64,000 nt of DNA from contig JACKPD010000014.1 in NCBI GenBank assembly GCA_024233785.1, positions 488 to 64,487 on the forward strand. The letters are read 5' to 3'. The DNA comes from Spirochaetales bacterium (GTDB lineage Bacteria; Spirochaetota; Spirochaetia; CADAEX01). Under the pieces are notes generated by a model. That model was not told the origin of the DNA. It ran no database searches and was given only the letters and a program-made list of their open reading frames with translations. Position numbers and translations under genes: made by a program. Of the stretch, positions 1-9,605 are shown piece after piece. How positions within the stretch are numbered: the first letter of the stretch is position 1; every line of letters begins with the position of its first letter.

Positions 1-1518
1 GACTATGCTTTCAGAAATACCTATCTTACCGACATCGTGAAGGAGACATCCGTGACGCAGGTATTCAATCTCTTTCTGCTCGAGTCCGATTTTTTCCCCG
101 ATCCGGACTGAAATCAGGGCGACCCGCTCAGAATGGCCCCTTGTATAGGCATCCTTTTCCTCGATTGCCTGCACAAGCGCTTTGACAGTATTCAGGTAGC
201 TGCTCTCAATCTCTTCCTTAAGCTGCGCCTTGTGAAGCGTCTCCGCAATGTTGTTGGTAAAAATGGAAAGTTCATCAAGGTCTCTTGATGTAACTTTCCG
301 GTCGCCCCTGACCCGGTCCGCGGCAACTACTCCTATTACCTTCTCATTCACTACAAGAGGGGCGATAATAAAAGAGGAAACATTAAAATTACTCAGGATA
401 AGATTGCCCCTGCGCAGGCCTGCCTTTCCCGGATCAGCAATATGAATGGGACGGCCCAGTCTTGCTGCCCTGGCTATTATGTTACCCTCTCTGTCCATAG
501 GTATTTTATAATCATGCAGATATTTTTTTATAAAAAGCGGATCTTCACCAAATGCATATTTAAAATCAAGAAACTTTTCAGATTTATCAGTAAGCATAAT
601 AATTGCCCGGTCGTATTTAAGCACCTCGCTCATTGATTTCATTGTCGCTTTAAGGATTTCCTCGGTATTGTCCTGGGAAACTAGCATATTTGACGCAACG
701 TTTATTGCTTTAAGTTTCTCAACCTCATCCGCCAGCTCATTATTAAGGCGGTTAACCTCGTCATATTTTTTCTTTAATATCAGTTTATCGCTCTCTATCT
801 GCTCAAGAGCTGAAAGCAGCTGGCTTTTACGGGTCCTGAAGTGATTGAACAGGCTGTAAAAATTTCTGGTTCCATGCTGAAAATGGATATTGAACTGGCA
901 GTAGGGATCACCTTTGAAAAAACAGTAGGGCTCCTGTACCTCTGCCGGAGGCAGCTTCCAGAGGGTAGGAATAGCGGAATATATTCCCCGGTTAAAAGCG
1001 CAGATATCACTGGTTATTCCCCGGTTTTCCTTCCAGTGCAGCCTTACAACCGCATGCTTTGGAGAACTGTAAACAGTTTCCACTACTTTATTGGTATTGA
1101 ACTGTCCGTTTATCTGATTTATCCGTTTTAAAACACCTGCCGCCCCTCCGAAGGCATGTAGAAATATTTTCTGTATATAGCCGAAATGCTTGCGGGCAAT
1201 AGATTCCATCCCAATGGAGAAGGGGGCATTCTCATCACCAAGTATTTCCTTAGCGTTCTGAAAGATTTTTACAGTAACCTTGTTTGAAACCCAGTTATTC
1301 TCATCAGTAAGCACTTCTACAGGGTTTTTGATATTGGCATATACTCCGGGCAAATCCCTGAAAACCATATTTGCCTTATCCGGAATCCTGTTCTTTACAT
1401 ATTCATATACTGCCTTGATATTTATACAGCTGACTTCATTGTGTATTTCCTGCGGAAATGCATTTTTAAGAGTATTGGCTTTATTTTGAATTCTCTTTGC
1501 TGCATTGTTTTTTGACAT
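1..1518 (-). CDS. Sensor HD-GYP/HD-domain phosphohydrolase with central GAF-like domain and N-terminal V4R-like domain (3' end runs off the window)
   Basis: Absent from the ORF track because it has no in-window stop. I translated the reverse strand codon by codon from the ATG at 1518..1516 to position 1 (506 codons, no stop): MSKNNAAKRIQ... The C-terminal part reads 'EEKDAYTRGHSERVALISVRIGEKIGL...LRHGCLLHDVGKIGISESIV', an HD-GYP-type HD motif. The middle has a GAF-like 'GNIIARAARLGRPIHIADP...FIIAPLVVNEKVIGVVAADR'. The N-terminal domain ends 'EVQEPYCFFKGDPYCQFNIHF' (E..C...GD..C.F, as in V4R domains). Confidence 0.8.
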   Translation of the reverse strand, partial: MSKNNAAKRIQNKANTLKNAFPQEIHNEVSCINIKAVYEYVKNRIPDKANMVFRDLPGVYANIKNPVEVLTDENNWVSNKVTVKIFQNAKEILGDENAPFSIGMESIARKHFGYIQKIFLHAFGGAAGVLKRINQINGQFNTNKVVETVYSSPKHAVVRLHWKENRGITSDICAFNRGIYSAIPTLWKLPPAEVQEPYCFFKGDPYCQFNIHFQHGTRNFYSLFNHFRTRKSQLLSALEQIESDKLILKKKYDEVNRLNNELADEVEKLKAINVASNMLVSQDNTEEILKATMKSMSEVLKYDRAIIMLTDKSEKFLDFKYAFGEDPLFIKKYLHDYKIPMDREGNIIARAARLGRPIHIADPGKAGLRRGNLILSNFNVSSFIIAPLVVNEKVIGVVAADRVRGDRKVTSRDLDELSIFTNNIAETLHKAQLKEEIESSYLNTVKALVQAIEEKDAYTRGHSERVALISVRIGEKIGLEQKEIEYLRHGCLLHDVGKIGISESIV

Positions 1519-1641
1519 CAGGCTTCAGGTTCTCCTGTTTCTCTATCGGCAGTGGCAGCTATAAACTTTTTTAAAAATAATTTTATATTTTAAAGAGATC
1601 AGGCTGTCTCCCGGCTGCCCGCAGGTTCCGGGAAAAGCAGA

Positions 1642-2781
1642 TCAGATAAGAACAATCCCCTTCCCCAGTTTGCTGATATCAACATCATAACCCATCATCT
1701 TTCCGGTAATAACCGGCGCCTTTCCCCCGCTGCCGAAGGTAAATGATTCTGTTGTAATGTTGTCAGAGAGTAGAAAATCATCAAATGAACCGTCTATATA
1801 AACCGGTTTTTCCATAAGGGATGCCGCAATCCGCCCGGTTACCGAAAGAATTCCGGTCTCACCCACATGGGAGCCAAGCTGGTACTTAAGGCCTGCCTCA
1901 TCTGCCCTCAGTGACAGCTCAAGAACACGTATAAGGCCGCCGTTTTTTGCCAGCCTGAGATTAAGCATGGAAAAAGTTTTATCTGCAGCGATGCTGTCAA
2001 TATCATCAAAAGAGACTGCGGATTCATCCGCGACATAGGTAATGCCGCTTCCCCTTGTACGGTAAGCGAGATTTACCATTTTTTTATGGTCAGCGCCGAT
2101 AGGCTCCTCGACAAGCCTTACCCCGTAAGACTTAAGCAGTTCAAGGTGGTCCACTGTTGTCTCAATATCCCACGCGCAGTTTACATCTACCCTGATATCA
2201 AAATCGCTTCCGAAGCTCTCACGCACTGTTTTTAAAACATATCTGTTATAACTTAAGTCCTTTGAAAGCTTAACCCTCATATAGGGAATGGACATCTGCC
2301 GGTATATTCCGATAATTCTGGACATTGCCTCATCAGAAAGAATCGGAAGGACTCCGCCGTAGAAAAGTTCCATCCTTTTAGGGGGCTGCCCGAGAAGATT
2401 GTAGATATCTGTATTGTTACGGCGGCAGAAAAGATCCAGAAGAGCCCCCTCAACAGCCGCGAGGAGCGGAAGTTCATGATTCTTCCAGCGGCCGTCAAGA
2501 ACTTTGCTTTTCAATTCATCAGGAGTGATGAATTCTTTGTTTCCTCCGGTTAATTCCTTTATCACTTCAGAAATCCGTTTTGATATTTTTTGCTTTGAAT
2601 CGAGAATACCGCCCGGGTCATTTACATAGCTTCGCAGGATCAGTTCCCCGAAACCTCTGTTTTCCCCGTCGCTTAACTCAAGAATATATGAATCGCATAT
2701 CGAACGGCTCGCTTCTGCATGTGAAAAGGTCATTCTGAAAGGAATGGAAAGAGGATATAAAACTGCACTTACGATTGACAT
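1642..2781 (-). CDS. Enolase-superfamily enzyme (mandelate racemase/muconate lactonizing family; dipeptide epimerase or OSBS-like)
   Basis: ORF 1642..2790. Metal-ligand and catalytic pattern 'IRVDVNCAWD', 'RLVEEPI', 'YVADES', 'LNLRLAKNGG'. The ATG at 2781 (MSIVSAV...) follows an AAGGA and seems likelier than the TTG at 2790. Confidence 0.75.
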   Translation of the reverse strand: MSIVSAVLYPLSIPFRMTFSHAEASRSICDSYILELSDGENRGFGELILRSYVNDPGGILDSKQKISKRISEVIKELTGGNKEFITPDELKSKVLDGRWKNHELPLLAAVEGALLDLFCRRNNTDIYNLLGQPPKRMELFYGGVLPILSDEAMSRIIGIYRQMSIPYMRVKLSKDLSYNRYVLKTVRESFGSDFDIRVDVNCAWDIETTVDHLELLKSYGVRLVEEPIGADHKKMVNLAYRTRGSGITYVADESAVSFDDIDSIAADKTFSMLNLRLAKNGGLIRVLELSLRADEAGLKYQLGSHVGETGILSVTGRIAASLMEKPVYIDGSFDDFLLSDNITTESFTFGSGGKAPVITGKMMGYDVDISKLGKGIVLI

Positions 2782-2957
2782 TGGAGGCAAATCCTTATGT
2801 TCCGCATGATCAAAAACAAAAAAATCACGCCGGGGATAAAAAACCCTTTCCTAAAAAAGGGAAAACTGATGCTGATGTGAATCCTATAGCGGCATACAGC
2901 AATTGTCAAGAAAAAATCATATCCCGCAGATGAGGATTTTTATTGTACAATAAGGTA

Positions 2958-3866
2958 ATGGTATTAAGCGATTTTCACTGCCATCTTTACGGATATGACT
3001 CAGGGGAAAGCATGAAGGCCCTGCTTAACGGGTTTTCCGGTGAGTGTAAAGAGAACCGCCGAGCTGAGGCGGGCAGAAAGGAAAGCTTAAGCGTGATATC
3101 AGCCGGGGATGAATTAAAAATCCGGCCGGGAATGATTTTCACCAATATCAGGGAAAGGGATCTATGGGAGAGCGGGGCCCTTTTTTCACTGGATGAGGGG
3201 GTACGCCGTGACGGGAAAACAGGCGCGGTTGTTGTTCCTTTCATCGGGATTCACCCCTGGGATTTTAATGAGGCTGATGATGAGAGCCTTGCCGCGCTTG
3301 AGCAGACTGCGGTTAAAACAGGGGCCTTTATCGGGGAGATCGGGCTTGACCGGCTTCATCTTGGGGGAGAAGAAAGGGAAAAGCAGAGGTATGTCTTTAA
3401 AAGAGCGCTTGAGGCAGCCTTAAAAGTGGAAAAGCCTTTCACAATACACTGTGTCCGGGAATGGGGCGCGCTTCTTTCAGTTCTGGAAAGCGTAAAGGAG
3501 CGGATAAGAGCTCCCTTTTTAGTCCATGCATACAGCGGCTCTGCAGAGACAATGGAAAAAATCATATCACTCGGGGGATATATTTCATTCGGAACACTTT
3601 TTTCGCACGGCAGGGAAGGGAGCTTCTCGGAAAAGGCGGCAGACTGTATACTTAAAATTGACAGAAGGTTTCTGCTGCTTGAAACCGACTGGACATGGCA
3701 TGCCGGAGATGCTGAAGCGGCAGAGCCTGACACATACCGGGGGGCGCTTCTTTCGGTTTATGAAAAAACAGCAGAACTTCTTAAAATTGATATAACAGAA
3801 TTATGCGGAGTGATAGAAGAAAATGGAGAGGTTTTCAAGGCTTATACAGCTAATTGGCGAGGATAA
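2958..3866 (+). CDS. TatD-family metal-dependent hydrolase
   Basis: Motifs 'DFHCHL', 'GIHPW', 'IGEIGLD', 'FTIHCVREW', 'LVHAYSGS', 'LLETD'. The track ORF starts at TTG 2943; the first ATG is at 2958. There is an unusual ~70-aa insertion after the first His motif. Confidence 0.8.
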   Translation: MVLSDFHCHLYGYDSGESMKALLNGFSGECKENRRAEAGRKESLSVISAGDELKIRPGMIFTNIRERDLWESGALFSLDEGVRRDGKTGAVVVPFIGIHPWDFNEADDESLAALEQTAVKTGAFIGEIGLDRLHLGGEEREKQRYVFKRALEAALKVEKPFTIHCVREWGALLSVLESVKERIRAPFLVHAYSGSAETMEKIISLGGYISFGTLFSHGREGSFSEKAADCILKIDRRFLLLETDWTWHAGDAEAAEPDTYRGALLSVYEKTAELLKIDITELCGVIEENGEVFKAYTANWRG

Positions 3867-4560
3867 ATTATCGCATCTTGCGGGCAGCCGCGCCGCTATT
3901 GTCGGGCTCGGCGCAGTCGGGGGGTTTGCCGCAGAGGCGCTCGCGAGGTGCGGAATAGGCCATATTACGCTTGCCGATTTTGACGTGATTGCGGTTACAA
4001 ACATAAACAGGCACATAGGCGCCCTCGACTGGACTGTCGGAAGAGCAAAGGTTGATGTCATAAAGGAAAGGATAACCGGCATAAACCCTTCATGCACTGT
4101 TGACGCGCTTAGGGTTTTCGCGCACAGGGATACTTTTCCTGAAATTTTCCGGGAAAGGCCTGATATTATTATCGATGCGATAGATTCGCTCGGCCCCAAG
4201 ATTGAGCTCCTCGCCTGGGCAGTTGAAAACAGCATAGATATCATATCCTCTATGGGGGCGGCGCTCAGGACAGACCCTTCCCGGATCAAGACAGCGGACA
4301 TCTCCGGGACAGATGTATGCCCTCTGGCGCGCAACCTGCGGAAATATCTCCGCCGCAGGGGAATAGAAAGCGGCATAACATGCGTGTATTCGGACGAAGT
4401 CCCGGCGAAAAGCGCGCTCCGCCCGCCCGGAAGCGAAGCGGAAAAAGAGGACTTTGTCAGGGGAAGAGAGAGAAATATCCTGGGAAGCTATCCTGTAATC
4501 ACCGCCATATTCGGCCTGCTTGCGGCAGACGCTGCGGTAAAAAAACTCATAAAGCTGTGA
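3823..4560 (+). CDS. tcdA: tRNA threonylcarbamoyladenosine dehydratase (ThiF/MoeB-like E1 fold)
   Basis: N-terminus 'FSRLIQLIGEDKLSHLAGSRAAIVGLGAVGGFAAEALARCGIGHITLADFD' and 'IIDAIDS'. The size (245 aa) is typical of TcdA/CsdL. Overlaps the TatD gene by 44 nt. Confidence 0.75.
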   Translation: MERFSRLIQLIGEDKLSHLAGSRAAIVGLGAVGGFAAEALARCGIGHITLADFDVIAVTNINRHIGALDWTVGRAKVDVIKERITGINPSCTVDALRVFAHRDTFPEIFRERPDIIIDAIDSLGPKIELLAWAVENSIDIISSMGAALRTDPSRIKTADISGTDVCPLARNLRKYLRRRGIESGITCVYSDEVPAKSALRPPGSEAEKEDFVRGRERNILGSYPVITAIFGLLAADAAVKKLIKL

Positions 4561-4638
4561 GGGGTGGAGCAAAATAAGACGCCCGCGTCTTTCGCACATT
4601 TGCGCGGAAAACAGGGGCGCCTCTGATAGACTTACGTC

Positions 4639-5691
4639 TTACATGCCGAGAGCGGCCCTTGTAGTTTCAATCTTTATTTTTCCGGCCTTCATGTCTGCTG
4701 TAACCTGGGCAACCTTGTCCTTGACAGCCTGGGGCACGACACTTTCAAATTCATGGAAAGGCGAGATGCCGGTCGCGTCATCCTCTATTCCGTAAACTTT
4801 TGTCCCGCCGGTAAATGTATTGTTCTTTACAGCCTCTACCGCAAGATATACAGTCCGGGGAATCTGCTTCACTGCAGATGTAAGCACTGTGTCCGGCGCC
4901 ACGGCGCTCTGGTCAACATCAACGCCTATTGCAGCAACTCCCTTTTCCTTGCATGCCTGGATAACCCCCAGCCCTGTAAGACCCGCGACCTGGAAAACAA
5001 TGTCCGCGCCCTGCTCTATCATCGCGAGGGCCGCTTCCTTTCCCTTGGCCTGGTCTACAAAGGAACCGGTTGTTACAGACAGGACTTTACAGTCAGGGTT
5101 GACAGACTTTACGCCCTGGATAAAACCAACCTCGAATTTTTCAACAGGAGGGATGAACATTCCAAGGACTACCCCGACAACGTTTTTGTCATTGAATTTA
5201 GGGGAAGCAGATGCATATTCCTTTGTCATCATGCCGGCGACAACTCCTGCGAGATAACCTGACTCGTGCTCCTTGTACAGGATTCCCATAAAGTTGGATG
5301 GGTCTCCGTCGCCTGCCCAGATATCAATTCCTGCGAATTTTGTGTCAGGATTGTTTTTAGCTGCTTCCTTTACCGCCTGTTCCATCAGGAACCCTACAGC
5401 AAATACAATGTCGGAACCGTCTTCGGCAAGACCAATCAGGTTTGGAACATAGTCTGTCTGCTGTTTGGACTCAACAACCTTGACATCTGCACCGAGTTTT
5501 TCCTTTACAAGCTCGAGCCCCTGATTCGCTCCGTCATTGAACGATTTATCCCCAAGCCCACCGACGTCAGTTGCCATTGAAGCAAGAAGTTTTTTCTCCT
5601 CCGCTTTTTTCTCTTCCTTTTTGCAGGAAGCGACTGACAGCATCATTGCCGCAGCTATTATAAGAACGGCAAGTCTTATCCCTTTTTTCAT
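4639..5691 (-). CDS. BMP-family (Med/PnrA/TmpC-like) ABC substrate-binding lipoprotein, probably nucleoside-binding
   Basis: Signal peptide plus lipobox 'MLSVASC'. 'GGLGDKSFNDGANQG' and overall length are typical of the basic-membrane-protein family. It heads an ABC operon. Confidence 0.85.
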   Translation of the reverse strand: MKKGIRLAVLIIAAAMMLSVASCKKEEKKAEEKKLLASMATDVGGLGDKSFNDGANQGLELVKEKLGADVKVVESKQQTDYVPNLIGLAEDGSDIVFAVGFLMEQAVKEAAKNNPDTKFAGIDIWAGDGDPSNFMGILYKEHESGYLAGVVAGMMTKEYASASPKFNDKNVVGVVLGMFIPPVEKFEVGFIQGVKSVNPDCKVLSVTTGSFVDQAKGKEAALAMIEQGADIVFQVAGLTGLGVIQACKEKGVAAIGVDVDQSAVAPDTVLTSAVKQIPRTVYLAVEAVKNNTFTGGTKVYGIEDDATGISPFHEFESVVPQAVKDKVAQVTADMKAGKIKIETTRAALGM

Positions 5692-5706
5692 AAGAATCTC
5701 CTTTTA

Positions 5707-6660
5707 TTATTCATTTTCTTTCTCTATTATAAAATCAACACCGTCTGCCTTGGGCGGTCTTGATCTTCTTACAAATCCCGCTACCGCTATTATAGTCGCG
5801 GCATAAGGGAATATGATAAAAAGCTCTTCAGGTACATGGAATATCCTGAATACCTGAAAACGGATCTGAAGAGCGTCCGCGAATCCGAAAAAAAGCGCGG
5901 AAAGAAACGAACCGGCAGCGCTCCATCCTCCTGATATCATCGCGGCAAGGGCGATAAACCCTTTACCGTTTGTCATCCCTTCGGTGAATGATACATTGTT
6001 CTCAATGGAAAGATAAGCACCCGCAAGCCCTGATGCAAGCCCTGAAATAAAGACCGCGAGATATTTTATTTTGTAGACAGAGACACCGATTGTCTCAAGC
6101 GCAAGTGGATGCTCTCCTGCTGCCCGGATATGAAGGCCTGTCCTGGTGTGCTTAAGAAACCAGGCGAGAAATATTACAAGAATGAAAGAGATATAGATTA
6201 TCGGTGTCTGGTTGAAGAAAACAGGCCCCAGGACCGGTATTTTTGAAAGCAGTGGAACTGCGAACTGATAATCCCCCAGGAAAGAGGGGATGGCGTCAGA
6301 TGTCCCCGGATGGCCGAAAAAAAGGACCATAAGATACCTGGTAATCCCGAACGCGAGAATATTAAGGACAGCCCCGGATACAACATGGTCAAGATGGAGG
6401 CTTATTGCCGCTGCCGCGTGTATCAGGCTGTAGATGCCTCCCGCGAGGACACCTGAGGCAAGCCCGAGCCACGGATTGCCTGTGTAAAAAGCGGTAACTG
6501 CAGCGAAGAATGCCCCGATTATCATAATCCCTTCCATCGCTATGTTTACAACACCTGCCCTCTCGCATACTGTCGCTCCGAGCGCGGCAAGCGTAATAGG
6601 GGTTGAAAGCCTCACTGTAGCGACAAGGAGGTCGGTATTTAAAAACATCAGAAATGACAT
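5707..6660 (-). CDS. ABC transporter permease (sugar/nucleoside type, second permease)
   Basis: Polytopic membrane protein. The track ORF extends to 6732, but the ATG at 6660 (MSFLMFLN...) lies 1 nt after the upstream stop codon, which removes a 71-nt overlap. Confidence 0.8.
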   Translation of the reverse strand: MSFLMFLNTDLLVATVRLSTPITLAALGATVCERAGVVNIAMEGIMIIGAFFAAVTAFYTGNPWLGLASGVLAGGIYSLIHAAAAISLHLDHVVSGAVLNILAFGITRYLMVLFFGHPGTSDAIPSFLGDYQFAVPLLSKIPVLGPVFFNQTPIIYISFILVIFLAWFLKHTRTGLHIRAAGEHPLALETIGVSVYKIKYLAVFISGLASGLAGAYLSIENNVSFTEGMTNGKGFIALAAMISGGWSAAGSFLSALFFGFADALQIRFQVFRIFHVPEELFIIFPYAATIIAVAGFVRRSRPPKADGVDFIIEKENE

Positions 6661-6661
6661 A

Positions 6662-7933
6662 TCAGACACTGCCTCCCCCCTTTTTCTTTTTAATAAGCCG
6701 GGCCGCGTAAATATAGATATATTTCGCGACAATCAGAAACAGCATTATCCCCTTTATTATCTCAACTATGGAATTCGGCGTATGTGTCGTCCTCGCCATA
6801 TACTGCCCCCCGGCGTCAAGGGCACCCCACAGCAGAGAAGTAAAGATAACACCTACCGGGTTGTTGGAGGCAAGCAGCGCGACGGAAATTCCATTCCAGC
6901 CGTAGCCGGCCTGAAGGTTTTCGAACAGCTTGTGGTCAAGACCCAGAACCTGGGTGATGCCGGCCATTCCGGCGAGGGCACCCGCAAACATCATCGCGAT
7001 AAAGATGTTTTTCCCGACAGATATCCCCTGCACCCTCGCGGCCTCTTTATTAAAACCGACAGCCTTTATCTCAAACCCTGTTTTCGTGTTTTCAAGCACA
7101 TAGCTCACAAAAAAAGCGGCGGCAACAGCAATGAGGATCCCTGTATGAAGGCGGTAGTTTGCGTCAGGAATAAAAGATTTGAAGGAAAGGAGCCAGCTGC
7201 TCTCAGGTAATTCCCAGGTTACATAGGGATGTGTTGAGGTTGCAGGGTCTCCGCCGAAAGCCCTTATAAATATGGGAGAAAGGTATCTTGCGATATGGGC
7301 AAACATCATGGTGGTAATTACCTCATGCGCCCCGGTTTTCACCTTGAGAAGGGCGGGTATGAAATTCCAAAGCGATGCCAGAAAACTGCCTGCGGCATAG
7401 ACAAGAATGATCGCGATTAGAGGCGGCAGCTCAAGCTTAAAACCGAGCCAGGCTCCTGCCATGGCCCCGATATAGTACTGCCCCTCGGCGCCGATATTAA
7501 ACAGCCCCGCCTTGAAAGCAAAGGCAATGGAAAGTCCTGTAAAAATAAGGGGGGTTGCGTTAAGCACCGCGACATACCAGTTCTTTACAAACCCGCCGTA
7601 GAAGAGGGCCGTGTATGACTCGATCGGATCATATCCGGTCAGAAGCATTATTACCGCGCCGGATACAACCGCCGCAGCAATACCTATCAAAGGGACAATA
7701 AGCCTTGACAGATATTTTTTAACCGCGGATAAAGTCTTCTCCTTCCCCTGGAAATAATAGATATTAAACAGGTACAGCGCGGCGCCGGATGAGAGGGCCG
7801 CAAGGCCTGAAAAACTGCCTCCGAGATAGTATACGGCGCCGGCGGCAAGCAGCAGAACTGAAATTAAGTCAAGAGCTTTTTTCATGTGTTCTCTTTCACT
7901 TCTCACTTTAGTGCCTGTTTTATTTCCCGTCAT
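6662..7933 (-). CDS. ABC transporter permease (sugar/nucleoside type, first permease)
   Basis: About 10 predicted TM helices. Position between the ATPase and the second permease matches BMP-type operons. An alternative start at 7885 (MKKALDL) is possible. Confidence 0.8.
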   Translation of the reverse strand: MTGNKTGTKVRSEREHMKKALDLISVLLLAAGAVYYLGGSFSGLAALSSGAALYLFNIYYFQGKEKTLSAVKKYLSRLIVPLIGIAAAVVSGAVIMLLTGYDPIESYTALFYGGFVKNWYVAVLNATPLIFTGLSIAFAFKAGLFNIGAEGQYYIGAMAGAWLGFKLELPPLIAIILVYAAGSFLASLWNFIPALLKVKTGAHEVITTMMFAHIARYLSPIFIRAFGGDPATSTHPYVTWELPESSWLLSFKSFIPDANYRLHTGILIAVAAAFFVSYVLENTKTGFEIKAVGFNKEAARVQGISVGKNIFIAMMFAGALAGMAGITQVLGLDHKLFENLQAGYGWNGISVALLASNNPVGVIFTSLLWGALDAGGQYMARTTHTPNSIVEIIKGIMLFLIVAKYIYIYAARLIKKKKGGGSV

Positions 7934-9533
7934 TTAAAGACCCTTTCTTCCTTCCGCCGGTCATATATAGCCCCACCTCATAATCAGTTGTTTCATTTGT
8001 CTTCAGCTCCCTGACAATCTGCCCTTCGTAAATTACAAGGATACGGTCCGAAAGGGCAAAAATTTCTTCAAGCTCAAGCGAGACAAGAAGGATCGCTGCC
8101 CCTTTCTGCTTCATCTCCATTATCCGGGAATGGATATATTCAATTGCCCCTACATCGAGTCCCCTTGTAGGCTGATTAAGGAGAAGAAAAACCGGAGACC
8201 TTGAAAACTCCCTTGCGAGGATCACCTTCTGCTGGTTGCCGCCGGAAAGGGAAGCGGCGCTGACTGATACCGAGGGAGTTCTGATATCAAAATCGACCGC
8301 AAGTTTTTCCGCATATTTTCTTATTTCCCTGTGGTTAATCCGCCCGGCACTCCTGACAAATGGTTTTCTGTCATGCCTGCCGATTATTATATTATCACTT
8401 ATGCTCATTTCAAGAACAAGGCCGTCCCTCTGTCTGTCCGAAGGGACAAACGAGATACCCTCGTCTATCCTTTCCCTTGTGGAAAGGGTGCTGATCTCTT
8501 TTCCGTTTAATCTGATTGAACCTTTATCAATTTTAACTAGTCCCATGACAGCCTGGGAAAGTTCACTCTGTCCGTTTCCGTCAACTCCTGCTATACCGAC
8601 AATTTCACCCGGCGATACATCAAGTTTTACGCTGTCAAGGAGCGCATTTCCCCCTTTTTTAAGGACAGAAAGGTCTTCAATAAAAAAGACAGCCTCTTTC
8701 TTTTTTCCGTTTCCCTTTTTATCAACACGGAGAACAACATCCCGGCCGACCATCATGTTTGCCAGCTCTTCCTTTGTAAGGTCTTTAATATCTCCTTCTC
8801 CTGAAAGTTTTCCCCGCCTTAATATATAAACCCTCTCCGAAATAGCCATAACCTCTTCGAGTTTGTGGGTAATAATTATTATTGAGACGCCCTTGTCCCG
8901 GAGCGCCCTTATGACCCTGAAAAGTTCTTCGACCTCCTGGGGGGTAAGCACCGCGGTCGGTTCATCAAGGATCAGGATTTCAGCGTGCCTGTAAAGGGCC
9001 TTTAAAATCTCGACCCGCTGCTGAAGACCGACGGAAAGGTTCTCAATTTTTTCATCAGGGTCCACATGGAGCCCGTAAAGTTCAGAGATTTCAAGCACCT
9101 GTTTTTTCGCAAGCTGATAATCTATTACACCGCCTTTAGAAGGTTCTGACCCGAGAATTATATTTTCCGTAACTGTGAGCGTCTCGACAAGCATGAAGTG
9201 CTGATGAACCATCCCGAGCCCTGCCCTGATGGCGTCGCGGGGGGAGGAGAAGGATATTTCCTTACCTTTCAGTATTATCTCTCCGGATGTCGGCCTGTAA
9301 AGTCCGTAAAGTATGTTCATAAGTGTTGATTTTCCCGCGCCGTTCTCGCCCAGGATGGAAAGTATCTCTCCCTTATTAAGGAGGATACTTATCTCATCAT
9401 TGGCAAGGACCCTGGGAAACTGTTTCGTTATGCATCGCGTTTCAAGAATAGGGCGGCCGGTTTCAAGTGCTTCTTCCATTATGCCTCTTTTTTCATTTCC
9501 CTCATAAGGGGGATATGGACAACACTCAATCAT
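7920..9533 (-). CDS. ABC transporter ATP-binding protein, duplicated ATPase (sugar/nucleoside type)
   Basis: Two Walker A sites ('GENGAGKST', 'GVDGNGQS'), two signature motifs ('LSVGLQQR', 'LSGGNQQK') and Walker B sites 'ILILDEPT' / 'LLLNQPT'. An alternative start at 9479 (MEEALE...) also has an AGAGG ribosome-binding site. Confidence 0.9.
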   Translation of the reverse strand: MIECCPYPPYEGNEKRGIMEEALETGRPILETRCITKQFPRVLANDEISILLNKGEILSILGENGAGKSTLMNILYGLYRPTSGEIILKGKEISFSSPRDAIRAGLGMVHQHFMLVETLTVTENIILGSEPSKGGVIDYQLAKKQVLEISELYGLHVDPDEKIENLSVGLQQRVEILKALYRHAEILILDEPTAVLTPQEVEELFRVIRALRDKGVSIIIITHKLEEVMAISERVYILRRGKLSGEGDIKDLTKEELANMMVGRDVVLRVDKKGNGKKKEAVFFIEDLSVLKKGGNALLDSVKLDVSPGEIVGIAGVDGNGQSELSQAVMGLVKIDKGSIRLNGKEISTLSTRERIDEGISFVPSDRQRDGLVLEMSISDNIIIGRHDRKPFVRSAGRINHREIRKYAEKLAVDFDIRTPSVSVSAASLSGGNQQKVILAREFSRSPVFLLLNQPTRGLDVGAIEYIHSRIMEMKQKGAAILLVSLELEEIFALSDRILVIYEGQIVRELKTNETTDYEVGLYMTGGRKKGSLNDGK

Positions 9534-9605
9534 AGTACCTCTTTCGTTTACATGTCAACAAAAGTCAGTACCGGATAAAATAAGTTCATCTGAATAATGA
9601 ATTAC

